The translations under genes and the position numbers were made by a program. The notes under the pieces were generated by a model. It saw nothing but the letters and a program-made list of their open reading frames with translations. It searched no databases and was not told the origin of the DNA. 64,000 nucleotides of DNA from contig JBBQRQ010000005.1 in NCBI GenBank assembly GCA_038214755.1, forward strand, positions 35,868 through 99,867, read 5' to 3'. Source of the DNA: Verrucomicrobiota bacterium (GTDB lineage Bacteria > Verrucomicrobiota > Verrucomicrobiia > Limisphaerales > CANJXF01). Shown one piece after another: positions 1-8,431 of the stretch (positions are counted from its first letter, which is position 1; every line of letters begins with the position of its first letter).

Positions 1-607
1 TTTTCCTGCCCAGACCATGCTGCAACAACTTCGCGCGTTGGCCGCCATCGACGAAGGCGTCGGACAACTTTTTGCCGCGTTGGAAAAGAGCAAAAAATTG
101 GACAACACCATTTTTATTTTTAGCAGCGACAACGGTTATTTTTGGGCTGAACATGGATTGGGCGACAAACGTTGGGCCTATGAGGAATCGATTCGCGACC
201 CGTTGCTCGTGCGTTACCCGAAGCTCGCCAAACCGGGAACCATCATCGACAAGATTGTTTTGAACATTGATCTCGCCCCTACGTTGCTCGAATTAGGCGG
301 AGCGAAAATTCCCAAAACGGTTCAAGGCGAATCGTTTTTGCCGCTGCTGAAGAATCCGAATGCGAAAGGGCGCGACGCCGCTCTGTTTGAATATTTCAAA
401 GAGAAACAAAATCGCACTCCGACGTGGCAAGCCGTGCGCACTGACCAATGGAAATATATTCGCTACGTCAATTTGCCGGGCGCGGATGAACTCTACGATT
501 TGAAGAATGATCCGTATGAAATGAAAAATCTGGTCAACGATTCTTCCGCTGGAAAAAAGTTGCAGGAATTGCAAAAGGAACTGGCCAAGCTCACGAAAAC
601 ATATTGA
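1..607 (+). CDS. Sulfatase family protein, C-terminal part (5' end outside window)
   Basis: SDNGY, GDKRWAYEESIRDP and ELYDLKNDPYE motifs typical of arylsulfatase C-halves. Confidence 0.9.
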   Translation, partial: FPAQTMLQQLRALAAIDEGVGQLFAALEKSKKLDNTIFIFSSDNGYFWAEHGLGDKRWAYEESIRDPLLVRYPKLAKPGTIIDKIVLNIDLAPTLLELGGAKIPKTVQGESFLPLLKNPNAKGRDAALFEYFKEKQNRTPTWQAVRTDQWKYIRYVNLPGADELYDLKNDPYEMKNLVNDSSAGKKLQELQKELAKLTKTY

Positions 608-640
608 GCCGCTGAGATCATTTCAAAATCCGGCACGATA

Positions 641-716
641 GGAGCGCCGATTTCCCAATCGGCACGCCGGCCAACGTGCGATTGCCACGAGCCGAACCGG
701 AGTTCGGCGTTCCCCG
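641..716. repeat. Degenerate REP-like palindromes (GGAGCGCCGAT family)
   Basis: ggagcgccgatttcccaatcggca plus gccgaaccggagttcggcgttcc; related copies near 17725, 27103 and 27639. Confidence 0.6.
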
Positions 717-723
717 TTCTAGC

Positions 724-2172
724 TTACGTGGCTGCCCGCGAGTCGAGTATTTCTTGAATCACTTCTCCGTGAACGTCCGTCAGGCGGCGATCACTGCCGT
801 TGTTGCGGAAGGTCAGCTTCTCGTGGTTGATGCCGAGCAAATGCAAAATCGTCGCGTGCAAATCGTAGCCGGTGGTTTTGTCTTTCGTCGCTTTCCATGA
901 CCACTCATCGCTCTCGCCGTAGGCCGCTCCTTTTTTGATTCCTGCGCCGGCGAGCCAATTTACATAGGTGCCGCCGTTGTGGTCGCGCCCAAGATTGCCC
1001 TGACTGAAGGGCATGCGGCCAAATTCTGTGGTCCAGACGATCAGCGTGTCCTGGAACATTCCCCGCGCTTTCAAATCTTTGACCAGCGCGGCGGCGGGTC
1101 GATCCATGGATTTGGTGATGAAACTAAGTTCCTTGTTGATGTCGGTGTGGTTGTCCCAGTTGTTCACGCTGCTGTCGCGACCGCTCCAGACCTGGACGAA
1201 ACGAACGCCGCGCTCCAACAGCCGCCGCGCTGTCAGACAGTTGCGCCCGAAATCCTCCGTCGCTTTATCGTCGAGGCCGTAAGATTTTTTCGTTGTTTCC
1301 GTTTCGCTGGAAAGGTCGAGCACTTCAGGCGCGCTCAATTGCATTTTCGCAGCGAGTTCGTAGGACACAATGCGCGCATCGAGCCGCGAGTCGCCGGGAT
1401 TGTGCGCGAGATGTCCGCGATTCAATTTGTTCAAAAGAGCGAGGCCGTCTGCTTCACTTTTTTTCGTAATAAATTTGGCAGACTCCGAGGGAAACAAATC
1501 GGTAATGGGATTTTTAGCAGCGGCATTGATGATCGTACCGGAATGGGTGACGGGCAAAAAGCCGGACGAAAAACATCCTTTGCCGTTGTAAGGCAATCCG
1601 CGTGAATCGGGCAACACGACGAAGGTCGGTAAATTATTATTCAGACTGCCGAGACCGTAAGAAATCCACGCGCCCATGCACGGAAAACCCGGCGTGAGAA
1701 AACCGCTGGTCTGCAAATAAACTCCCGGCCCGTGAACGTTTGTTTTCGAAGTCATCGCCATCAGAAACGCGAGGTCATCAACGCATGTGGCGAGGTGCGG
1801 CAATGCGCTGCTGACCCAGCGTCCACATTCGCCGTGCTGTTTCCAGTCGAACGGACTTTTCATGAGATTGCCTGGCTGACTTTGGGACGCTTCAACCTTT
1901 TCGCCGGGGTCAAATTTTTCGCCGCTGTGCTTGATGAGCGTAGGTTTGTGATCGAACAAATCCACCTGGCTCGCGCCGCCGTTCATAAAAAGTTGCACGA
2001 CCCGTTTTACTTTCGCGCGATGATGCAGGCCGCCGTTGAAATCGGGATTTGGTTTTGAGAGCGTGTCCGCGAGTAATCCTTCTGTGCCTATCAAATGCGC
2101 CATGGCAATGCCGCCCAATCCGCCGCCGAAGCGCCAAAGAAATTCGCGGCGATTGAATGAAGATGGGTTCAT
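724..2172 (-). CDS. DUF1501 domain protein (Tat-like signal, sulfatase-fold)
   Basis: NRREFL leader, FMNGGASQVDLFD, EFGRMP, GRDH, RRLTDVHG; usual partner of PSD1 cytochrome proteins. Confidence 0.9.
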   Translation of the reverse strand: MNPSSFNRREFLWRFGGGLGGIAMAHLIGTEGLLADTLSKPNPDFNGGLHHRAKVKRVVQLFMNGGASQVDLFDHKPTLIKHSGEKFDPGEKVEASQSQPGNLMKSPFDWKQHGECGRWVSSALPHLATCVDDLAFLMAMTSKTNVHGPGVYLQTSGFLTPGFPCMGAWISYGLGSLNNNLPTFVVLPDSRGLPYNGKGCFSSGFLPVTHSGTIINAAAKNPITDLFPSESAKFITKKSEADGLALLNKLNRGHLAHNPGDSRLDARIVSYELAAKMQLSAPEVLDLSSETETTKKSYGLDDKATEDFGRNCLTARRLLERGVRFVQVWSGRDSSVNNWDNHTDINKELSFITKSMDRPAAALVKDLKARGMFQDTLIVWTTEFGRMPFSQGNLGRDHNGGTYVNWLAGAGIKKGAAYGESDEWSWKATKDKTTGYDLHATILHLLGINHEKLTFRNNGSDRRLTDVHGEVIQEILDSRAAT

Positions 2173-2196
2173 AAATCTATTTCGCAGAATTGACAA

Positions 2197-2415
2197 TCAA
2201 CTTGAAGGTCTGCTGACTTGTTGAAATGCCAGCCGCAACTCCTCTTGCGGTGTCCGCCACAGCGCCGTCCACGACGTATAGCCGGGCGTTTGCGGCGAAT
2301 GATAAATGTTCTTTTGCACGAAGTTCGTCGCAGTCACTTCCACGACGTTGGTCGGCGCGGCGCTCGCTTGAATGGCGAGAAGTCCCGCAGCGCAAAGACT
2401 GAATAATATTTTCAT
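2197..2415 (-). pseudogene. Short secreted-protein fragment (possibly N-terminus of a sialidase/BNR-like protein)
   Basis: Signal peptide MKILFSLCAAGLLAIQASAA followed by IYHSPQTPGYTSW, then stops at 72 aa. Confidence 0.4.
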
Positions 2416-2458
2416 GCGAATTACGTCGGACAATTTTGGCAACAAGTTTGGCATGAGT

Positions 2459-5400
2459 TTAATTCACAAAAATAAATTCGTTGCTGTTCAAAATAATCCG
2501 GCAGGTGTTGGCCATGCCGTGTTCGGCGGCATACTTTTTCAAAGCCTTCAGTTCACTTCGAGTTGGCGCGCGCTCCAAAACTAATTGATAGACCGCTTCA
2601 ATTTGCTTTTCGAGATTGTCGCCGATCTTCGCCACCCGCGCTGCGAGATGTTCGCTTTGGCGCAGGATAAATTGATTGTTCAACATCGCCAGCGCTTGCA
2701 GCGCGGTCATGGAAACGTTTCGCGTCGCCGTCAATTGCGAAGCGTCCGCGCAATCGAGCGTGTCCATGAATGGATCGGGCAGCGTGCGGTAGATGTAGCG
2801 ATAAATGCTGCGACGAAAACTCGCGGGCGAATCCACGTCGAACTTCGCGTAATCGAGCACCGGCGTCACGGGCGCGTTGGTGTCAATCAGCAGAAATTGC
2901 ATCACGGGCGGGCCGCCGGCCGTCGGGTCGAGCTTGCCCGTGATTTGCAAAATGGTGTCGCGCAATTCCTCCGCATCGAGCCGCGTGCGATTCATGCGCC
3001 AGAGATACCGGTTATCCGAATCCTTTTTCGCAAACTCGGCGTTGTGTTCCGACGACTGCTGATAAACCGCGCTCATCAAAATCATTTTGTGCAATCGTTT
3101 GATCGAACCGCCGCTTTCCAGAAATGTCACCGCCAGCCAGTCGAGCAACTCGGGATGCGTTGGACGCGAACCCATTTCGCCGAAATCATTTGGCGAATCC
3201 ACAATGCCTCGTCCGAAATGATAATGCCAAACGCGGTTCACAATGGAGCGCCACGTCAAAACGTTTTGGGGATCGGTCATCCATTTCGCCAGCGCGGCGC
3301 GGCGGCTCCCTTCGTCGTTGGCATCCGAAATATCAAACTGCGATTTCACTCCTGAAACAAACGAGAGCGCCCCCGCTGAAGCAGGTTCTTCGGGTTGATC
3401 GATGTCGCCGCGCTTGAGCAGATAAATTGGGCGCGGCGTTTTCGCCGGTTTGAAAATCAGGCGCGGCGTGAAATCGTTTGCCACGGCATACACCAACTGC
3501 GGTTCGGGCAAGGCGGCGAGTTGCCGGTCAATGCGCGTCTTCAAATAGTGCGCCGCGAGTTCGATTTTTTGAGCGTCGGTGCGCGCTTCATTTTTGGTGG
3601 CGAGAATTTTCGCAATGTTCTCTGGAAATAATTGCACCTTCACCGGACGCGATGCCGTCGTGACCGACAGGCGAAATTTTCCGATCAAATGCGTCCGACC
3701 AATTTTCTGTTCCAACGTGAAGTTCAAGAGCGTGCCGTTGGAAAAGCCAGCGTTCTCCTTCATTTCAAAAATCGCGAAATGCGAGCGTCCGATTTCCGGA
3801 TGAATCGCCCAGCCCGTTTTTGAATCGCCATCCAGCGCCTTCGTGACGTCGTAATCCACCCCGTCGTATTTCTGATTGAAGTCCGCCGAGGGATTTTGCA
3901 ACGCGACCGGCTTCATTGAATTCGGCTCTGATTTCGGCGCGGCTTTTAAATGAAATTCGGTCAAGGTCAGATTTCCATTGTCCTGCCGGCCCGGACCTTT
4001 CAACGGCAAATTTTCGTCCGACAAAACTTCCAGTCTCACGGCGGTGATATTGGTCAGTTCCGTTTGCGCTGTGACGGTGTAGGTGTCGGTGTCCGGTCGC
4101 GTCCCGCTCGCGAGGACGGATAAATTCGTTTGCTTCGTCAACGTCGCGCCGCCTTCAGATCTGAAACTCTCGGGGTCGAGCGCTGTCCACTGGATCGTAT
4201 TATAGCCAAGTTCTTTTTCCCACGCGGCAACCTCTGATTGAACCGCCGGAGCGAGCAGCGTTTTGCCTTTGAGGTTTACGTCGAGCGCAGTTTTCTCCTT
4301 CAGTAAAGCCTGGCGCAGCGCGTTGGTTTTCGGATCCAAATCATACGGGCGATCCACGCGATCAATTCCGGCGAAGACCGCTTGCAGGTTGTAATATTCT
4401 TTCTGTGGGATGGGATCGAACTTGTGATTGTGGCAGCGCGCGCAATGCACCGTGCTGCTGACCAACGTGGACATCGCGGTGCTAACCATGTCGTCGCGAT
4501 CCAGATTTTGCGCCTGTCGTTTGTCGAAAGAATTTTCCGTGATATAAACTTGCGAACTGTCGTCCCACGGCCCGGCGGCGATGAATCCCAGCGCGACAAT
4601 TCCATCTGGCTCGTTCGGAAAAAGAACGTCGCCGGCCAACTGTTCTTGGACGAAACGCGCATAGGGTTTGTCGTCGTTGAAGGAACGAATCAGATAATCA
4701 CGATACGGCCAGGCGTTAGGTCGCGGACGATCCTGCGAATGTCCGTGCGTGTCCGCGTAATGAACGACATCCATCCAATGCCGCGCCCAGCGTTCGCCGT
4801 AACGCGGACTGGCCAACAAACGATCCACCACTTTTTCAAAGGAGCGCGGTGATCGGTCGTTGAGAAACTTTTGCAGCTCCTCGCGCGTGGGCGGAAGGCC
4901 GGTCAAATCAAAGGTGACGCGGCGGAGCAACGTGCGTTTGTCGGCGGCCGGCGCTGGCTTCATTCCTCTCTCGGCCAATTTCGCGAGAATGAATTGATCG
5001 ATGGGTGTTTTTGCCCAGCGGGAATTCTTTATTTTTGGCGGATCAATTTTTGGAAGAGGCTTGCGAGACCAGTGTTGTTCATCGTTCCATTTATTTTTAT
5101 GGAGAGGGCGCTCGTACTTTGCTCCTTCATCGATCCAATGGGCGAGCGCGGCGACTTCTGTTTCGGAAAGTTTTTCCCGCTTGAAGGGCATCCCGGGCGA
5201 ATCGGCGTGCGTAATTTTTTTGAGCAACAAACTTTCCTCCGCGTGGCCGGGGACGACGGCGGCGACCCTACTTTCTCCGCCGCGCAAAAGAGTTTCTCTC
5301 GTCGAAAGATCAAAGCCGTGGCGAACAAATTTCCCGCCGTGACATTCCAGGCAATTGTTTTCCAGCAAGGCAAGCGGCTCCGCGGCGGAGGAAATCGGTC

Positions 5401-5482
5401 CGGCGGCAAACGAGATCAATTCAGAGCAGAAAAATACAAGCCGCCAGGAGGCAGTAAGAAATAATTGAGTTCGGTTTTTCAC
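2459..5482 (-). CDS. Planctomycete cytochrome c / PSD1 protein (PSCyt1, DUF1549, DUF1553)
   Basis: CLECH and CARCH heme motifs, YGERWARHWMDVV, VNRVWHYHFGRGIV, HPELLDWLA. Confidence 0.92.
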   Translation of the reverse strand: MKNRTQLFLTASWRLVFFCSELISFAAGPISSAAEPLALLENNCLECHGGKFVRHGFDLSTRETLLRGGESRVAAVVPGHAEESLLLKKITHADSPGMPFKREKLSETEVAALAHWIDEGAKYERPLHKNKWNDEQHWSRKPLPKIDPPKIKNSRWAKTPIDQFILAKLAERGMKPAPAADKRTLLRRVTFDLTGLPPTREELQKFLNDRSPRSFEKVVDRLLASPRYGERWARHWMDVVHYADTHGHSQDRPRPNAWPYRDYLIRSFNDDKPYARFVQEQLAGDVLFPNEPDGIVALGFIAAGPWDDSSQVYITENSFDKRQAQNLDRDDMVSTAMSTLVSSTVHCARCHNHKFDPIPQKEYYNLQAVFAGIDRVDRPYDLDPKTNALRQALLKEKTALDVNLKGKTLLAPAVQSEVAAWEKELGYNTIQWTALDPESFRSEGGATLTKQTNLSVLASGTRPDTDTYTVTAQTELTNITAVRLEVLSDENLPLKGPGRQDNGNLTLTEFHLKAAPKSEPNSMKPVALQNPSADFNQKYDGVDYDVTKALDGDSKTGWAIHPEIGRSHFAIFEMKENAGFSNGTLLNFTLEQKIGRTHLIGKFRLSVTTASRPVKVQLFPENIAKILATKNEARTDAQKIELAAHYLKTRIDRQLAALPEPQLVYAVANDFTPRLIFKPAKTPRPIYLLKRGDIDQPEEPASAGALSFVSGVKSQFDISDANDEGSRRAALAKWMTDPQNVLTWRSIVNRVWHYHFGRGIVDSPNDFGEMGSRPTHPELLDWLAVTFLESGGSIKRLHKMILMSAVYQQSSEHNAEFAKKDSDNRYLWRMNRTRLDAEELRDTILQITGKLDPTAGGPPVMQFLLIDTNAPVTPVLDYAKFDVDSPASFRRSIYRYIYRTLPDPFMDTLDCADASQLTATRNVSMTALQALAMLNNQFILRQSEHLAARVAKIGDNLEKQIEAVYQLVLERAPTRSELKALKKYAAEHGMANTCRIILNSNEFIFVN

Positions 5483-5550
5483 GCGGAAAAGAATTGCGGC
5501 ACGATAACGGGTTTCGCGTGCTGGTTCAATAATCCGATTTAAATTTCGAG

Positions 5551-5892
5551 CTATTCATGGCCCCAATCCGGAGGGCTGCGAGGGACTGGAGGAGATTCAC
5601 TTACGTTCCCCAAAAAAAAGCTGGTGACAAGACTCGAGATAATGAGTGCCAGCGCCAAGGCCACGATGACGCGTTGTCGGCGATGGGCGTGCTTGAAAGC
5701 ATAGATGCCGGAATAAATTCCCAGAAAAGCTAGAGCGAGCGCGGAGGCGATTTCCATGTCAAATCTCGCATCCGACTGGTGAATGCCATGAAAGACGCAG
5801 AATCCGAAAAGAAACAGTCCGCACAAAGAGACGGAGAGTAGATGCCAACGAGTTTTGTTGGAGCGCCGCCCGCGTGTTGAACTTGAAGGCAT
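5551..5892 (-). CDS. Small hypothetical membrane protein (3 predicted TM helices)
   Basis: Three hydrophobic segments; fits the intergenic space. Confidence 0.5.
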   Translation of the reverse strand: MPSSSTRGRRSNKTRWHLLSVSLCGLFLFGFCVFHGIHQSDARFDMEIASALALAFLGIYSGIYAFKHAHRRQRVIVALALALIISSLVTSFFLGNVSESPPVPRSPPDWGHE

Positions 5893-5977
5893 GTGCGAGC
5901 CAGAACTAAATTCGGAAGCGTTTTAATGCAATTCAATTTCTCGAGAGTGCGGCGGTTATTGACGTGCCGCGACAAAA

Positions 5978-8134
5978 TCAAAACGGATAACCAATCGAGA
6001 AATGCAATGTGCCGCCCGGATCGTCTTTTCGCGGATTCAAGTTGTGCCCGTACTCCAAACGGATGGGGCCGATCACCGTCTTCCACCGAATTCCCAGCCC
6101 AACCGAAAAAAGTTTTTCATCGAAGGGATATTTTTCAAAACTTTTGGCGAAACCAATCGAATCCGAAAAAGCGATGAGCGACCATTTTTCCGTCAGAGCC
6201 TGTTCGAATTCCACGTTGACCGTCAAATAAGTTTCCGCGCCGATGACTTTGCCGCGGGCATTGCGAGGGGCGGCCTCGCCTTCCTGAAAACCGCGCACGG
6301 AATTTTCTCCGCCTGGAAAAAATCTTTTGTTGAACGGCAACTCGTCGCGCGAATTTCCGGCGGTGTAAATAATTCCGTGGTTCAAGCCCAAATGCAGCCA
6401 GCTCGTTTTTGCCAGCGGCTGATGAAACGACCCGCTGAGTTCCAGCCGCTCGAAATCGACATCGCCCGCCAAAAATTGCGAGGCGTTTTCCAAAGTTCCT
6501 GAGACGCGATAGCCTTCTCGCGGATACAGGGGATTGTCCCTCTTGTCCCGTTTCAAATCGAACGTAATGGAGCCAACCGTGGCGTGGGCCAAGCCGACTT
6601 CCTCCGCCAGTCGAGTTTCCACCGCGTTAAGAATCTGGTAATTATAACGAACGCTCGCGTCGCTGGAAATGGATGGCAAAAACTTTCGCGCGCCCGCCCC
6701 GCCGCCATATTCTTCGCGGGTAAATGAAACTTCCTGCCGCCTCAATCCCGACGCGTTAAAAAAAACATCCACGTCTTTGCCCACGAATTCCGGCATGGTG
6801 TAAATATAATCTGCGCTGGAAGATTTGAAGGATTGCGCCACGCGAAATCGCGCCCGGTGCGCGAGTCCAAAAATATTGTATTGATTCACCTCAAAACCCA
6901 CCCGCAGCAACTCGTAACTGCCGAAACCGAAGAGCAGGCTGACATCGACTTCCTTGCCTTCTTTCACTTCATAAATGACATCGCGAGTCTGTTCGTCCAC
7001 CTGCTGGTAGCGCAGCCCCACCGAATCAAAAATGCCAAGCCGCGCCAAACGGTAGCGCCCGTTTTCCACTTGAATGCGGTCGAGCGTGGAATTTGTTTTG
7101 ACGAGCACGCGGCGCTTGAGGGCGGCCTCTTTGGTTCTCTTTTGGCCGGAAAATTCCACCGCGCGCAATTGAATTTTCTCTCCGCTGTTTACTTTTGCGA
7201 CGAGGTCGAGCAAGACCACCTCGTTGGTCGCCGGGCGTCTTTCAGTCGTCATTTTCACCGTCGCGTCGGCATAACCCAGATGATAATTCGTCCTGGTCAA
7301 CTCTTGCGCAAAATCCTGTTGCCAAATTTTGGAAAAAATAATGTTCGTGACCACGGTGGAAACTTCCGCCGGCTTCGCGTTCGTTCCGTAAAAAATTTCG
7401 GTGCGAATCGAACGCACGAAAAATCGGGGACCCTCCTTGACCTGGATCCGCACTTTCACTGCGCCCGTCTCGTCATTTTGAGTGAGTTCGGCTTTCGTCG
7501 CTTCCGCTTGATCGTAACCTTTTCGCGCCAGCACTTCGGTCAAGCTGGCCAACCCGCGTTCCAGCCGCGACGGAGTATAGACGCGCATCCTTTTGAATTT
7601 CCCCAGCGCGCCGCGTTCGATAAAAAAGTCGCGCGCATCGTCTTCCGCCATGGCCTTCAAACCGTCAAAAGTGATTTCATCGAAAAAATAAAAAACGCCT
7701 TTCTCAATTTCAAATTCGACGCGTGTCGCCAGAATCGGACGCGGCAACGGCTCGCGGATGCTTTCGCGCCACTCGTAAGTTTTTTTCTGGCCGTCATCAA
7801 GCATCAGGCGCGCCGTGATTTTTGGTTTGAGATAACCATCGCGGCTGACCCGCGACATTAAGATCAAAGCGGCATCCTCGATAAAATTTGCGTCGTAAAA
7901 TTCGCGATGCTTGGCTTTTTCATCGAAGGTTTTTACCAGATTTTTCAACAGCAGATTTCCCAATGGGCCGTAGCCGGAAACTTTTATGGTGGCGCGTGGC
8001 GCTTCGTTGGTTTTGGCGGCGGTGTCGTGTGGGCATAGAAAAAAACACAAAATCACCAGGAGAATTTTGGGGATGAACGGACATTCGACTGGACTCTTGA
8101 AAAGTCGCGGAGCGCGGCCTTCAGGCCTCGTCAT
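5978..8134 (-). CDS. tamA: TamA/BamA (Omp85) family outer-membrane protein; start uncertain
   Basis: POTRA-like repeats, GGENSVRGF, GPIRLEYG, C-terminal FSIGYPF; downstream of tamB; ORF extension to 8431 runs through a repeat element. Confidence 0.85.
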   Translation of the reverse strand: MTRPEGRAPRLFKSPVECPFIPKILLVILCFFLCPHDTAAKTNEAPRATIKVSGYGPLGNLLLKNLVKTFDEKAKHREFYDANFIEDAALILMSRVSRDGYLKPKITARLMLDDGQKKTYEWRESIREPLPRPILATRVEFEIEKGVFYFFDEITFDGLKAMAEDDARDFFIERGALGKFKRMRVYTPSRLERGLASLTEVLARKGYDQAEATKAELTQNDETGAVKVRIQVKEGPRFFVRSIRTEIFYGTNAKPAEVSTVVTNIIFSKIWQQDFAQELTRTNYHLGYADATVKMTTERRPATNEVVLLDLVAKVNSGEKIQLRAVEFSGQKRTKEAALKRRVLVKTNSTLDRIQVENGRYRLARLGIFDSVGLRYQQVDEQTRDVIYEVKEGKEVDVSLLFGFGSYELLRVGFEVNQYNIFGLAHRARFRVAQSFKSSSADYIYTMPEFVGKDVDVFFNASGLRRQEVSFTREEYGGGAGARKFLPSISSDASVRYNYQILNAVETRLAEEVGLAHATVGSITFDLKRDKRDNPLYPREGYRVSGTLENASQFLAGDVDFERLELSGSFHQPLAKTSWLHLGLNHGIIYTAGNSRDELPFNKRFFPGGENSVRGFQEGEAAPRNARGKVIGAETYLTVNVEFEQALTEKWSLIAFSDSIGFAKSFEKYPFDEKLFSVGLGIRWKTVIGPIRLEYGHNLNPRKDDPGGTLHFSIGYPF

Positions 8135-8420
8135 CACCCACATCTTGTCAGCGGCTTTTTCAATCCCAACGGGATTGCATCGTTTAGCCCAGGGTTGCGA
8201 GGCACGAGCTACCCTGGGTGAACAGGACCGAACAACATCAACCCTGAAGGGGTTGCAGTCGCAGCTAAATTTAGTCGCGGAAGGAGATGCAACCCCGTTG
8301 GGGTTGGGAAAATTCCTTATCGTCACCCCAGGGTAGCTCGTGCCTCGCAATCCCGCGACTGCGGGACTGAGTGACACAATCCTTTCAGGATTGAAGAAAC
8401 CGGCTGCTGACAGGTTATTT
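8108..8420. repeat. Composite palindromic element (GAGGCACGAGCTACCCTGGG family, inverted pair)
   Basis: Two inverted ~100-nt units; related copies at ~37025, 41758-41995 and 52715-52815. Confidence 0.8.
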
Positions 8421-8431
8421 CCGCGCCTCAT

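Noticed and set aside
5551..5910. Small membrane gene as a second integron cassette
   Set aside because: An upstream GTT exists but no complementary inverse core or attC hairpin follows the stop
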